The notes below the pieces were generated by a model. The model was not told where the DNA came from. It saw nothing but the letters and a program-made list of their open reading frames with translations, and did not search any database. Made by a program: the position numbers and the translations under genes. Below are positions 9,173 through 20,652 of a stretch of 64,000 nt of DNA, one piece after another. This DNA is from an uncultured Chloroflexia bacterium (GTDB lineage Bacteria > Chloroflexota > Anaerolineae > Anaerolineales > E44-bin32): NCBI GenBank assembly GCA_963818575.1, contig CAWFSV010000014.1:35236-99235 (forward strand), in the 5' to 3' direction. Every line of letters starts with the position of its first letter. Within the stretch, counting starts at the first letter, position 1.

Positions 9173-12172
9173 CTACTCCGCTTCGCGGCGCAGCCCGCGC
9201 CACACGCGCTCCGGTGTCATCGGGATCACCGACAGGTCGGCGCCGCACGCGTCCAGGATGGCGTTGCCCACGGCCGGCGCGACGCCGTCCATCGGGATCT
9301 CGGCCACGGCCTTCACCCCGAACGGATGGGACGGCTCGATGGTCTCGACGAAGATCGTCTGCAAGTCGGGCATCTCGTGCGCCGCGAACAAGTGGTAGTC
9401 GGCGAAGTCCGTCTCCCGCGCCCTGCCGTGCGAGTCGTACAGCATCTCCTCGCACACGGCGTAGCCGAGGGCCTGGGTCATCCCGCCCTCGATCTGACCG
9501 GAGGCGGTCAGCGGATTGACGATCACGCCCGAGTCGACGGCCATCACCAGCCGATCGACGGTCACCTGCCCGGTCTCGACGTCGACGGTGACCTCGGCGA
9601 ACTGCGCCGCGAACGGAGGCGGCGAGACCGGCGACACGTACGAGGCGGTCGCCATGATCTGTTCCTGGTCGGTGTGATGCAGCGCGTCGAGGGCCAGATC
9701 GGCCAGCGAGACGCTGCGGCCATCGGGGGCCCAGGCATGCCGTTCGGCCAGCCGAATGTCCTCCGGCCTCAATGCCGCCTGGCCCGCGGTGCGTCAGCAT
9801 GCGCGCCGCGCGCACCTGCAACCGCTCGGCTACCTTCTGTGCGGCGTGCACCACCGCCGTCCCCGAGATGTAGGTGGTGCTCGAGGCATAGGCGCCCTTG
9901 TCGAAGGGCGTGAAGTCGCTGTCCGACGAGTAGACGATGATGTCGTCGACCGGGACGCCGAGCACCTCCGCCGCCTGCTGCGCCAGGACGGTGTCGGAGC
10001 CGGTCCCGAGATCGGTGGCGCCGACGAGCAGGTTGAACGATCCATCGTCGTTGATCTTCAGGCTGGCGCCGCCCATGTCCAGGTACGGGATGGCCGTGCC
10101 CTGCATCACCATCGCCACGCCGATGCCCCGGCGCAGGTGCGGCTTGCCGGGCACGCGATGCCAGCCGTCGTCCGGGTACTTCTCGGCCCAGCCGATCGCC
10201 GACGCGCCCTGGCGCACACAATCCTCCAGGCCGCAGGTGTTGATCGTCTCGGGCCGCGGCTCGCGGCCCTCCGACCAGGCGGTGCTGAACGGATGCAGCT
10301 CGCCGGATCGCAGCGCATTCTTCAGGCGGAACGCCAGCGGGTCGACGCCCAGGCTGCGCGCCACGCGCTCCATGTGACGCTCGACGGCCCAGAAGCCCTG
10401 CGGCACGCCGTAGCCGCGGAAGGCTCCCGCCGGCGGCGTGTTGGTGTAGACGATGTCGGCGTGAAAGCGGATGTTGGGCGCGGCGCGGGTGGCGCCATCC
10501 CCCACGTAGAGCGCCATCGCCTTGTGGCCGGTGTTGCCGGTGACGGTCAGCGCATGGCAGCCGTAGGCGCCGGTGTCGCTCAGCACCGTCATCTCGTTGG
10601 CCGTGATCGTCCCGTCGCGCTTCACGCCGGTGCGCATGTGAATGCGCATCGGGTGCCGCGAGCGCGAGGCGGTGAACTCCTCCTCGCGCGTGTACTCGAA
10701 ACGCACCGGGCGGCCGGTGGCGATCGTCAGGTGCGCGGCGACGTCCTCGATCAGCACTTCCTGCTTGCCGCCGAAACCGCCGCCGATGCGCGGCTTGATC
10801 ACCCGGATACGCTTGGGCGGCAGGCCCAGGACCGGCGCCAGCTGCCGGCGCACGTGGAACGGCACCTGCGTGCTGGTGCGGATCACCAGGCGGTCGTCCT
10901 CGTCCCAGTAGGTGATCACGACGTGCGGCTCGATCGATGCCTGCTGAACCTTGGGGACCTCGTAGTCCCCTTCGATCACCATCTCGGCCTGGCGCATGCC
11001 CTTCTCGACATCGCCGATATCGATGTGGATCTTGGCCGCCAGGTTGCGATGCGGATCGGATTCGGCGAAGGGCACGTACTCGGGCTCATCGTGCAGGCGC
11101 GGCGCATCGGCGGCCATCGCGCGCGCCGGATCGAGGATCGCCGGCAGCAGTTCGTACTCGACGTCGATCAGGTCCAGCGCCTGTCGGGCGATCGCCTCGG
11201 TCTCGGCCGCGACCAGGGCCACGCGGTCGCCGACGAAGCGGACCTTGCCGTCGAGTGAGAACGTATCGAGCGGACCGGGGATCGGATCCGACTGGCCGGC
11301 GGTGGAGTACACCACCCGCGGGATGTCCTGCCAGGTGAGCACGGCGGCCACGCCCGGCAAGGCCCGGGCGCGCGAGGCGTCGATGCGGCGCAGGATCGGC
11401 ATGGGCATGCGGGCTGTGCAGCACCTTGGCATGCAGCATGCCGCGCATCTCGATGTCGGCGGCGAAGGCCGGCTTGCCCTGGACGAGCTTCAAGGCATCG
11501 ACTTTCGGCTCCGGACGGCCGATGGACGTCGGGGGATGGTCGCGCGGCGCCACCTGCATGCGCGGCATCACATGCGTCAGCGTGGCCACATCCGGAACCA
11601 CCGACCGTGGACGGGCGATCCTCCGGGGGCGGGCCGAGGAACGCGGACGGCGCAGGCATCGGCAGGTTGATCGGCTCGACGTCCTCGCCGCGCAGCACGG
11701 CTGCGGCGCGCAGGATAGCCTGCACGGGCTTCAGGTAGCCGGTGCACCGGCACAGCACGCCGGACAGGGCTTCGCGCACTTCGGCTTCGGTGGGGTGTGG
11801 CTCACGTTCCAGCAGCGCGCGCGCCGCCAGGATCATGCCGGGGGTACAGAAGCCGCACTGGATCGCACCGGTCTCGACGAAGGCCTGCTGCAGCGGATCC
11901 AATCCACGCGTGCGCCGCCAGCCCTGCTCCGGGTGCTGGCCGATCGATTCGATCGTCGTCAGCGCGTGCCCACCGGCCTGGACGGCCAGCAACACGCACG
12001 CGCTCACCGGTTGGCCGTCCAGCAGGATCGTGCATGCGCCGCACTCGCCGCTCTCGCAGCCGTGCTTGGCGCCAAACAGCCCGAGCGACTCGCGCAGCAC
12101 GTCCAGCAAGGTGACGTCGGTCGGAACGTCGAGTTCAACCGGATGACCGTTGAGTACGAAGGAGGTAAGCAT
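9173..12172 (-). CDS. xdhD: XdhD-like fused [2Fe-2S]/molybdopterin-binding oxidoreductase (frameshifts near 11600, 11410, 9775)
   Basis: GCESGECGAC, QCGFCTPG, LCRCTGY, then GGGFGGKQE, AFRGYGVPQ, DKGAYASSTTY, GQIEGG, KAVAE. Confidence 0.82.
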
Positions 12173-12945
12173 CAGGCGCCCACCTCCCCCGCCAGGCGGC
12201 GGACCAGGACGGCGGCCACCTCGGACCGATATTCTGCCGATGCCCAGGCGTCGTCGGCCTGCGCGTAGGCCGCCCTCGCCGCCTCCGCCGCACCCGACAC
12301 ATCACCTGCCGCCAGGGCGAGTTCTGCTTCCGGCACAAGAACGGGACGCATGCCGAACCCACCCAGCGCCACGCCAAAGGAAGGCGCGCGGCCCGCCAGG
12401 CGAGCGACGACCGCACACACGATCGGCCGATCGGCCGGAGAGCGCGCCACGCACGATAGCGCCACGCGCATCGGCGCCTGGAGGAGCACTTCCGTAATCA
12501 GCGTTCCTTCCGGGAGTGATCCGCGGCGCGTGAGCAGATCATCCAGCGAGGACTGCACCGGACCGGGCTCCTGGCGCACCTGGGCATGCAGGGCAAGAAG
12601 CGCCGTAACCAGCGGCGACCGCCCGGAGCAGGCCAGGAGCGTGCCGCCCACGCTGGCGGATGTTCTCAGGTTGAGCCCCGCTTCGCGTCGCGCGGCTTCG
12701 CGCAGCGCATCCGGAAGCTTGGTCTCCGCCACGACCATCTGCTGAAGGCGCAGCATGGCGCCCATCCGAATCCGGTCGCCTTCAACTTCCAGAATGTCGA
12801 GGCCCGTGCCCTGCAGGTCCACCAGCCGCGTCAGGCGATCGGCACGTTGAGCGAGGGTCGTCCCGCCGGCCAATGCTGTGCCGGCGCGCAGCGCCAGCAG
12901 CGCATCGGCAACCGTTGTGGGACGTACGTATTCTGGAGGAGTCAT
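12172..12945 (-). CDS. FAD-binding molybdopterin dehydrogenase subunit (YgfM-like)
   Basis: EYVRPTT, LAGGT, degenerate LRTSASVGG, ASAEYR; coupled to the downstream XdhD-like gene. Confidence 0.8.
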   Translation of the reverse strand: MTPPEYVRPTTVADALLALRAGTALAGGTTLAQRADRLTRLVDLQGTGLDILEVEGDRIRMGAMLRLQQMVVAETKLPDALREAARREAGLNLRTSASVGGTLLACSGRSPLVTALLALHAQVRQEPGPVQSSLDDLLTRRGSLPEGTLITEVLLQAPMRVALSCVARSPADRPIVCAVVARLAGRAPSFGVALGGFGMRPVLVPEAELALAAGDVSGAAEAARAAYAQADDAWASAEYRSEVAAVLVRRLAGEVGA

Positions 12946-12961
12946 GAACCCTCTCCCGCCG

Positions 12962-13465
12962 TCAATCCGGGTACACCCGCCAGCCAAGCCGCTCGAAGTC
13001 CGTGGTCCCCACGAAGATGTCGGGGATGTCGGAGAGCAGCGCATCCGCCTCGGCCCCCAGGCTGCCGTCCGGCAGCCAGATCTCGCCGCGCACGCTCGTC
13101 AATCGTCCACGCCGACTCTCCTGCCGTCCGACGAGCCGCAGCCGCTCCCCGATGGGGATCGGCTTGCGGTAGCGGACGTTCAGCTTGGCGGTCATCATGA
13201 AGCGTGTCGTATCCCCCTGCATGGCCGCACGTCCAGCCACTTCGTCCAGCATCGAGGCCACGATGCCGCCATGGACAACGCCAGGGTAGCCCTGATAGCG
13301 CTCCGGCAGCGTCACGTCGCAGGTGACCTCGCCCTCGCCGAGGTCGTAGAACGCCAGGTGCAGGCCCACCGGGTTCTCGACCCCACACACGAAGCAGTTG
13401 CGCGAGTTGGGCTGCTTGGAGCGCTTCGGCTCCGTGGCTGTCGGAGGGACGATCAGTTCGGTCAT
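12962..13465 (-). CDS. PaaI family (hotdog fold) thioesterase
   Basis: CFVCGVENPVGL, YQGYPGVVHGGIVASMLDE, TAKLNVRYRKP. Confidence 0.85.
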   Translation of the reverse strand: MTELIVPPTATEPKRSKQPNSRNCFVCGVENPVGLHLAFYDLGEGEVTCDVTLPERYQGYPGVVHGGIVASMLDEVAGRAAMQGDTTRFMMTAKLNVRYRKPIPIGERLRLVGRQESRRGRLTSVRGEIWLPDGSLGAEADALLSDIPDIFVGTTDFERLGWRVYPD

Positions 13466-13512
13466 CCAGTTCCATCCTCGCTACCGCGGGATCACGCTTG
13501 CGCAATCGTCCG

Positions 13513-14513
<1,001 letters not shown>

Positions 14514-14517
<4 letters not shown>

Positions 14518-15146
14518 GGCTCTCTCCCGGGGGGACCTGGAGGCGGGACGGAGGCTCCTTGCAGGGCCTCCAGATCCTCCGGCACATCGAGATCGAGCGC
14601 CAGGCCGGGAGTCGAGCAGATCTCCAGCCGGGCGCCGGCGGCCTGCGCCTGCGCGCAGTGCTGGGCGAAGCTGTCCTCGCCGAATCGGTATTCTATCAAA
14701 CCCGGAGGCTCGCACAGCAGGGCGTTCGTCCCCCTCCCGTGCCGATCGGGCGCCACGACGACGACCGGCGGCCCGAAGGCGGCAAAGCCCGCCATCATCA
14801 CCAGGTCGGCGGGCGTCACCCGCGGCAGGTCGGCGTGTACGATCAGCACCGCATCCACCCGATGGGCTACCGCCGTTTTCGTGGCGACCGCCAACGCGTC
14901 ATTCAGGTCCGGCTGGCCCACCTCGCGCACGACCCGGTAGCCGCCCCGGCGCGCCCAGCCCTCGACGCCCGGATCGCTGGTCACCACAACAATCTCGTCC
15001 ACCGCCGGAACCTGCCGCAGGACCTCGAGGGTGCGCTCGAGCATCCGCTGGACCAGGGCGACCCGCTCCTCCGGGGACAAGGCGCCGGCCAGGCGGGATT
15101 TCGCCTGGTCGAGCGGCTTGACGGGGACGACGGCCCACAGGCTCAC
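14514..15146 (-). CDS. cofC: 2-phospho-L-lactate/phosphoenolpyruvate guanylyltransferase (F420 biosynthesis)
   Basis: [50 protein letters not shown]. Confidence 0.92.
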
Positions 15147-15150
15147 GTGC

Positions 15151-16083
15151 TCACCGCGTGAGGTGCCGGGCGAAATCCAGCACCTCGTCCGCCAGCCGCC
15201 GCCTGGCACTGCGCCCTTTCATCACCGTCCGCGTCGAGAGCGTGCGCGTGCCGGCCGCTTCGATCCCGGCGGCTTCGGCAGCGTCCTCCAGGTCGATCAC
15301 GATCCCGCGCAGCAGGCCCCGATAGTGCTCGGCGACCGCCCGGGAGGACGGCTCGATCCCCATCTCGCGGAACATCTTGGCCGCCGGACCTTTCAGCGCC
15401 TGCCCGCGGATGATCGGCGATACGCCCACGGCCACGCCGCGGGCAACGGCCTGACGGATGCCGGGCAGCGCCAGGATCGGATCCAGACTCACCCACGGAT
15501 TCGACGGGCACAACACGATGACATCCGCGCCGGCCAGCGCCTCGAGCACGCCGGCTGCCGGGCGCGCCCGCTCCGCGCCGTCGAAGCGGAACCCACGCAC
15601 GGGGGGTTCGCAGTCCCTGGCCACGAAGTACACCTGGAAAGGGAGCTCACCCTCGTCGGTCAACACCATGGTCCGCACCGTCTCGTCGGTCATGGGCAGC
15701 ACCGTCGTCGACACGCCCATGCGCGCCGCCAGGTCGCGGGTGATGCCGCTCAGGCGTTCTCCGGCCGCCAGCCGGCGTGTCCGCTCATGGTGCAGCGCCA
15801 GGTCGCGATCGCCGAGCCTGAACCAGGTTGGCCCCCCGAGTGCTTCGAGGGATTCGAGGAAACGCCAGCCCTCGTCCGATCGTCCCCAACCGGTCGTGCG
15901 ATTGGCCAGTCCCGCCAGGGTGTAGCAAACGGTGTCCAGGTCGGGGGAAATGTGCAGGCCGAGGTGCTCGAAGTCGTCGCCGGTATTCACGATGATGGTG
16001 AGCGAACCGGGCGGGAGGACCTGTGCCAGGCCGTCCGCCAGCTTGGCGCCACCCACCCCACCGGCCAGGGCCGCCACGTTCAT
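15151..16083 (-). CDS. cofD: 2-phospho-L-lactate transferase (LPPG/EPPG:FO transferase)
   Basis: LAGGVGGAKL, VNTGDD, ISPDLDT, WFRLGDRDLA, FQVYFV, PSNPWVS, KGPAAKM. Confidence 0.95.
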   Translation of the reverse strand: MNVAALAGGVGGAKLADGLAQVLPPGSLTIIVNTGDDFEHLGLHISPDLDTVCYTLAGLANRTTGWGRSDEGWRFLESLEALGGPTWFRLGDRDLALHHERTRRLAAGERLSGITRDLAARMGVSTTVLPMTDETVRTMVLTDEGELPFQVYFVARDCEPPVRGFRFDGAERARPAAGVLEALAGADVIVLCPSNPWVSLDPILALPGIRQAVARGVAVGVSPIIRGQALKGPAAKMFREMGIEPSSRAVAEHYRGLLRGIVIDLEDAAEAAGIEAAGTRTLSTRTVMKGRSARRRLADEVLDFARHLTR

Positions 16084-16696
16084 CGCCACCGCACCGTGTC
16101 GTCGAAGGCTCTTCGTTCACGCGCCGCGGGCTGCTCCGCGGGCCATCCAAGAACGATCAGCGCTTGCGGCTCCCAGTCGTCCGGAAGGTCCAGCGCATCG
16201 CGGACGGCCTGGGGCGCAAAGAGCGGGCCGCACATCCAGCATCCACCCAGACCTTCGGCATGCGCTGCAAGCAGCAGCTGCCCGCCCGCCAGGCTGGCGC
16301 TTTGCAGCGCCATCGTCCTCTCGGCCTGGTCGCGTCGCGGGTCGGCGTAGTGGTCCATCTCGGCCATCGTACTGCACAGCACCACCGCGGCAGGCGCATG
16401 CAGCAGTCGGTCGACGCCGCGGGCGATCCGCGTTTCCACCTCGCCCTCGGGCAGGCCGTCGGCCTGCAGGTCGCGACGGAACTCGGCCGCCATGCACTCC
16501 GTCAGCCTCCGGCGTATCTCTCCCGGCGGACACCACGGCGAAACGCCATGGCTGGCGGTTGTGCGCCGAGGGCGCCATGCAGGCCGAGCGCAGGATCCGC
16601 TCGAGCAGCATCGCGCGGCACCGGGCGATCCTCAAACCGCCGCACGCTCCGGCGGCCTTCGAGCCAGTGCAGCAGCCCTTCGGCGTCCGGACTCAT
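16080..16696 (-). CDS. Stand-alone nitroreductase resembling the FbiB C-terminal domain / FbiE (dehydro-F420 reductase); frameshifted
   Basis: RRSVRRF, APSAHNRQPWRF, LLLAAHAEGLGGCWMCGPLF, WEPQALIVLGWP over three frames; lies between cofE and cofD. Confidence 0.8.
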
Positions 16697-17096
16697 CCCG
16701 TCACGCTGACGTGGTCCGGGCGGACGAAGAGCATCACCCGCACCTGGCCCCGCGGGAATTGGGAACTCGTCCGTGCCCCTGTACTTCAGGCTCAACTGCC
16801 GGATATGCTCCTCCGCACCCTGCTCCCGATGCTCGATCACCGTCCCGCGGATCTGCAGGTAGCGGTAGGGATTGGCCGGATCGAGGATGGCCAGCGCCAC
16901 GCGTGGGCGGGCGCGCGTGTTGCGCTCCTTCGTCCGGCCGCGGGCGGTGTTCAGCCTGAGCAGCTCGCCTTCGACGTCAAACCACAGCGGTGTGACCTGC
17001 GGGCTGCCATCGGCCATCGTCGTGGCCAGGAAGGCGAACGCCCGGACCTCGTCGTGCAAGCAGATCGCGATACGTCTCAGGGATCGCACTCGACAT
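16693..17096 (-). CDS. PPOX-class putative F420-dependent oxidoreductase (frameshifted)
   Basis: AFLATTMADGSPQVTPLWF, NTARGRTKERN, DPANPYRYLQIRG; AAGGAG RBS. Confidence 0.8.
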
Positions 17097-17142
17097 CTCG
17101 GACTCCTTCCCCTCGGGCCGGTCGCGGCGCCGAGGGTCCCCG

Positions 17143-17919
17143 TCAATCCCTGAACAGATCCTGCGACTCAGGGCGCAGCAATTCCCGAACCGAACCCTCA
17201 CGCAGCGAATCGCGCAGGCCGCGAATGTGGATCACCGGAGTCGCTTCGGCCGCCTGCCCCATCAGCGCCGAAGCGCCGGCCGCCAGCTCGTCGGCGATCC
17301 CGACATCGGTCGTCTGCAGGCGATAGCCGTACAGATCCGGCCGGCCGCGCAAGTCAAGGACGCCCGGCAGGCCCGCCAGGCCGATGGCCACACCCACCGT
17401 CCCGACGCGCCAGGCGCGCCCGTGCGAGTTGATCACCAGTACGCCGACGGCCGCCCCGCTGGCCGCCTCAAACCGTGTCCGCATGCGCTGCGCGGATGCA
17501 TCCGGGTCCTCGGGCAGCAGCAGAACCCAGTCGTCCGGCTCTCCCCAGGTGCCGCGCACGTTGGAGTGATCGATGCCGGCGTTGGCGCACACGAACCCGA
17601 GACGGTGACGGACGATGATCAACCCCGGACGTGCACGCAACACTCGCCGGCTCTCCGAGAGGATGGCCTGCACCAACCGTGGGTCTTTCTGCGATCGCTG
17701 GCTCAGCTCAGCGGCTGCGGCCGAGGGCGTCAAGGTCGACAGGTTGAGCAGACGCCCCTCGGCCTTGGAGACCACCTTTTGCGCTACGGCGATCACGTCG
17801 CCGGTCTCAAGGGTGACACCGGTGGTCTCGAGCGCGGCCAGGATCAGCCCGGCCAGGTCATCGCCGGGCTGGACCAGCGGCAGGCCTTCGAGCGCCGTGA
17901 GGACAAGCCGTGCAGGCAA
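17143..17919 (-). CDS. cofE: Coenzyme F420-0:L-glutamate ligase
   Basis: LPLVQPGDDL, QKVVSKAEGR, ANAGIDHSN, LLPEDPDASA, GRAWRVG, ADELA. Confidence 0.93.
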   Translation of the reverse strand: MPARLVLTALEGLPLVQPGDDLAGLILAALETTGVTLETGDVIAVAQKVVSKAEGRLLNLSTLTPSAAAAELSQRSQKDPRLVQAILSESRRVLRARPGLIIVRHRLGFVCANAGIDHSNVRGTWGEPDDWVLLLPEDPDASAQRMRTRFEAASGAAVGVLVINSHGRAWRVGTVGVAIGLAGLPGVLDLRGRPDLYGYRLQTTDVGIADELAAGASALMGQAAEATPVIHIRGLRDSLREGSVRELLRPESQDLFRD

Positions 17920-17929
17920 GGGATGGTGC

Positions 17930-18607
17930 TCAGCCGCGAGGCGCCGACGGTTCGCCGGTGATGCGGATCCCCGCGCCGCGAATCTTGTAGCGCTTGTTGA
18001 TCCCCAGCAGGAGCGACGTCAGGCCCTCGACGACCATGGCGTTCTGCAGCGGCCCTGCATCCCAGCCGGTCAGCCCGGCGGCGTCGACCAATTGCAGCAC
18101 CTGTTCTCGGGCTGCCGGACTGTCGCCGCACACCAGGACGTCGCATGCGATCGGATGGTCGTCGGCCAGGTGGACACTGGAGATGTTCTGAAAGGCCGCC
18201 ACCACCTCAACCTCGGGACCGAGGATCTCCTGCGCCTCCTGGCAGGCGCTCCCCGCCGAAGGCATGCTCACGCGGCTGATATCCGCCCCCAGCGGGACGG
18301 TGACATCGACCAGGACTTTGCCCGCCAGCGCGGCCCGCAGGGATTCGAGCGTGGCGCGGTGTGCACTGTAGGGCACGGTCAGCACGGCGATGTTGGACTG
18401 CCGGGCAGCGTCTTCGTTGGTCATGCCGTGCACGACCTCTTCGCCGAGGCGTTGATTGAGGGCCGCCGCGGCTGCCTCGGCCTTCTCCAGGGAGCGCGAG
18501 CCGATCAGCACGTGATACCCGGCGCGGGCCCAGCGGTAGGCCAGCCCGGGCCCTTCCTTGCCCGTGCCGCCGAGGACGGCGAGTGTGAGGATCAGTCCAT
18601 CCGTCAT
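17930..18607 (-). CDS. npdG: NADPH-dependent F420 reductase (F420H2:NADP+ oxidoreductase)
   Basis: LGGTGKEGPGLA.RWA, IGSRSLEKA, VAAFQNIS, DAGPLQNA.VVEGLT, GIRITG. Confidence 0.92.
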   Translation of the reverse strand: MTDGLILTLAVLGGTGKEGPGLAYRWARAGYHVLIGSRSLEKAEAAAAALNQRLGEEVVHGMTNEDAARQSNIAVLTVPYSAHRATLESLRAALAGKVLVDVTVPLGADISRVSMPSAGSACQEAQEILGPEVEVVAAFQNISSVHLADDHPIACDVLVCGDSPAAREQVLQLVDAAGLTGWDAGPLQNAMVVEGLTSLLLGINKRYKIRGAGIRITGEPSAPRG

Positions 18608-18634
18608 AGTGCTTCCTGCGCCTCCGAGTGTGCG

Positions 18635-20004
18635 TCAGCCCTTGGGGACGACGCGTTCGTATCGATTCCACACCGCCGCAGCTCTGCGGCGCGATTCTGC
18701 GGTGAGGGCGCCTTCGTCCAGCGTCGTCAGCCGGCGATCGTGCATCAAGACCCGTCCGGCGACGATGGTCGTGGTCACCATCGACTCGTGGAAGCCGAAC
18801 AGCACGTGCCAGGGCAGGTTCCCCGGCGTCAGCGGCGTAGTGGGATGATAGTCCACAAAGATCAGATCGGCGTGGGCGCCGGTGGTGAGCCGGCCGAGCG
18901 GTGCGTCCGGGAAGAAACTGCCGGCCAGCGCGGCGTTCCCCTGCCACGCGATATCGGCCACCAGGTCCCCGGGCATTCGCCGCGGGTCCCGGTTCCAGAG
19001 TTTGTGCACCAGGTAGGCCGCCTTCCATTCCTCCCACATCGCATTCGAGAACCCGTCGTTCCCCAATCCCAGGCGGACCCCCGCCGCCCGCATCGCCTCG
19101 ATCGGCGCCACGCCGACACCGTTGTTCATGTTCGAGCGCGGCTGATGGGTCACCCACGCGCCGGACTCGGCCAGCAGACGGATCTCGCTCTCGTCGACGT
19201 GCACGCCATGCGCCAGGATGGTGCGCGGGCCGAGGAGGCCGAGCCGCTTCAGACGAAATGCGACACGCTCTCCGTACTTCGCCAGGCAGTCCGTCTTCAT
19301 CCACCTCGTGTTCCGCCAGGTGCACGTGGAAGGCGGTCTCCTGCTGTGCGGCCTCCCGGCAGGCCGCCAGTGTCTCGTCGGACAGCGTCAGGCTGGCGTG
19401 CAGGCCGAAGGCGGCCGCCACGCGCCCGTCGGCTACGGGGCCCTGGCTGCAGCGCCGCAGGAAGCGAACGTTCTCATCGATGCCGGCGCTGCGCTTTCGG
19501 CGCACCGTCGCGATCGGTGACCTCGTAGCACAGGACGGCGCGCAGGCCGGCCGTCTCGACCGCCTCGGCCAGGACGTCGAGTGATCCATCGATGGCGTTC
19601 GGGGAGGCATGGTGATCGATCAGCGTCGTCGTCCCATGCCGGATGGCGTCCACCAGGCAGACCAGGGCCGAAGCGCGCACGTCCTCCAGGTCGAGCGACC
19701 GGTCGAGCGGCCACCACAACTTCTCCAGGATCGCCGGGAATGCCTCCGGCGACGCCCCGGGGATCGCCATGCCCCGGGCGAATGCACCGTAGAAGTGCGT
19801 GTGGGCGCAGATGTTCCCGGGCAGGACGAGCTGACCGCGCGCCGATAGCTTCTCGGCCTGCGGGGATCGCGCGCCCAGTTCGGCGGCCGCCCCGATGGCT
19901 GCGATCTTTCCGGCCGAGACCAGCAGGGCGGAACCCTCGAGGATCCGCGTCGGTTGTTCGCAGGTGACCAGCACCCCGTCGGTGATCAACAGGTCGCGGC
20001 TCAC
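18635..20004 (-). CDS. ssnA: SsnA-like amidohydrolase (frameshifts near 19490, 19310)
   Basis: CAHTHFYGAFARG, ILEKLWWPLD, GTTTLIDHHASP, GLHAS.TLSD, HVHLAE, HQPRSNMNNGVG, GLGNDG. Confidence 0.88.
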
Positions 20005-20028
20005 GTCAGCTTCCTCCCACGGATCGAC

Positions 20029-20652
20029 TCAGTCGAAGACCGTCGCCCGCGCCGGATCATGCTGGCTGGCGATGGCATCTTCGAGGTGACGTGGCGTCGT
20101 CCGATAGGTTGACAGAGGTTGGGGCAGCGCGTCGAGATCGAAGAACGCGACTTCGCTGGTCTCGCTGCTGGTGGTCAGCTCGCCCCCCAGGCACTCACAC
20201 CGGAAGAGGAGTTTGTAGGCGTGGAACAGGGGCAGCGAGTCCTCGATGCGGTTGGCGTCGTACACGCCGACAAGCTGCACGGCGCGGACGCGCAGGCCGG
20301 ACTCTTCGAACACTTCGCGCTCCGCTGCCCGGTGCGGCTCTTCCCCGACATCCGCCCATCCGCCGGGGAAGGTCCAGCCGCCATCGATGGATTCGCGCAC
20401 CATGAGCACCTGGCCGTCGCGGAAGACGGCGCCGCGCACGTCGACCTTCGGCGTCACATAACCCGGCTGAGCGGTGAATGCCGTTCGCACGTCGGACGCC
20501 GAGAGCGTGCTGTGCTCGGCGACGATCTCCGCCGCCAGGTCCAGCAGCTTCTCGGCGCGATCGCGTTCGAATTCGTTGCGCGCGTAGTGCCGCGCCGTCT
20601 GCGCCAGTGCCTGCAGCCGGCGCGCCCAATCCAGCCAGCGTTGCGTGCTCAT
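20029..20652 (-). CDS. NUDIX hydrolase with N-terminal Nudix_N domain
   Basis: WARRLQALAQT, GYVTPKVDVRG, PGGWADVGE..AAEREVFEESG Nudix box. Confidence 0.9.
   Translation of the reverse strand: MSTQRWLDWARRLQALAQTARHYARNEFERDRAEKLLDLAAEIVAEHSTLSASDVRTAFTAQPGYVTPKVDVRGAVFRDGQVLMVRESIDGGWTFPGGWADVGEEPHRAAEREVFEESGLRVRAVQLVGVYDANRIEDSLPLFHAYKLLFRCECLGGELTTSSETSEVAFFDLDALPQPLSTYRTTPRHLEDAIASQHDPARATVFD

Noticed and set aside
16502-17146. Apparent PPOX-nitroreductase fusion ORF
   Set aside because: A frameshift near 16750 hides the PPOX stop at 16693, which overlaps the nitroreductase ATG
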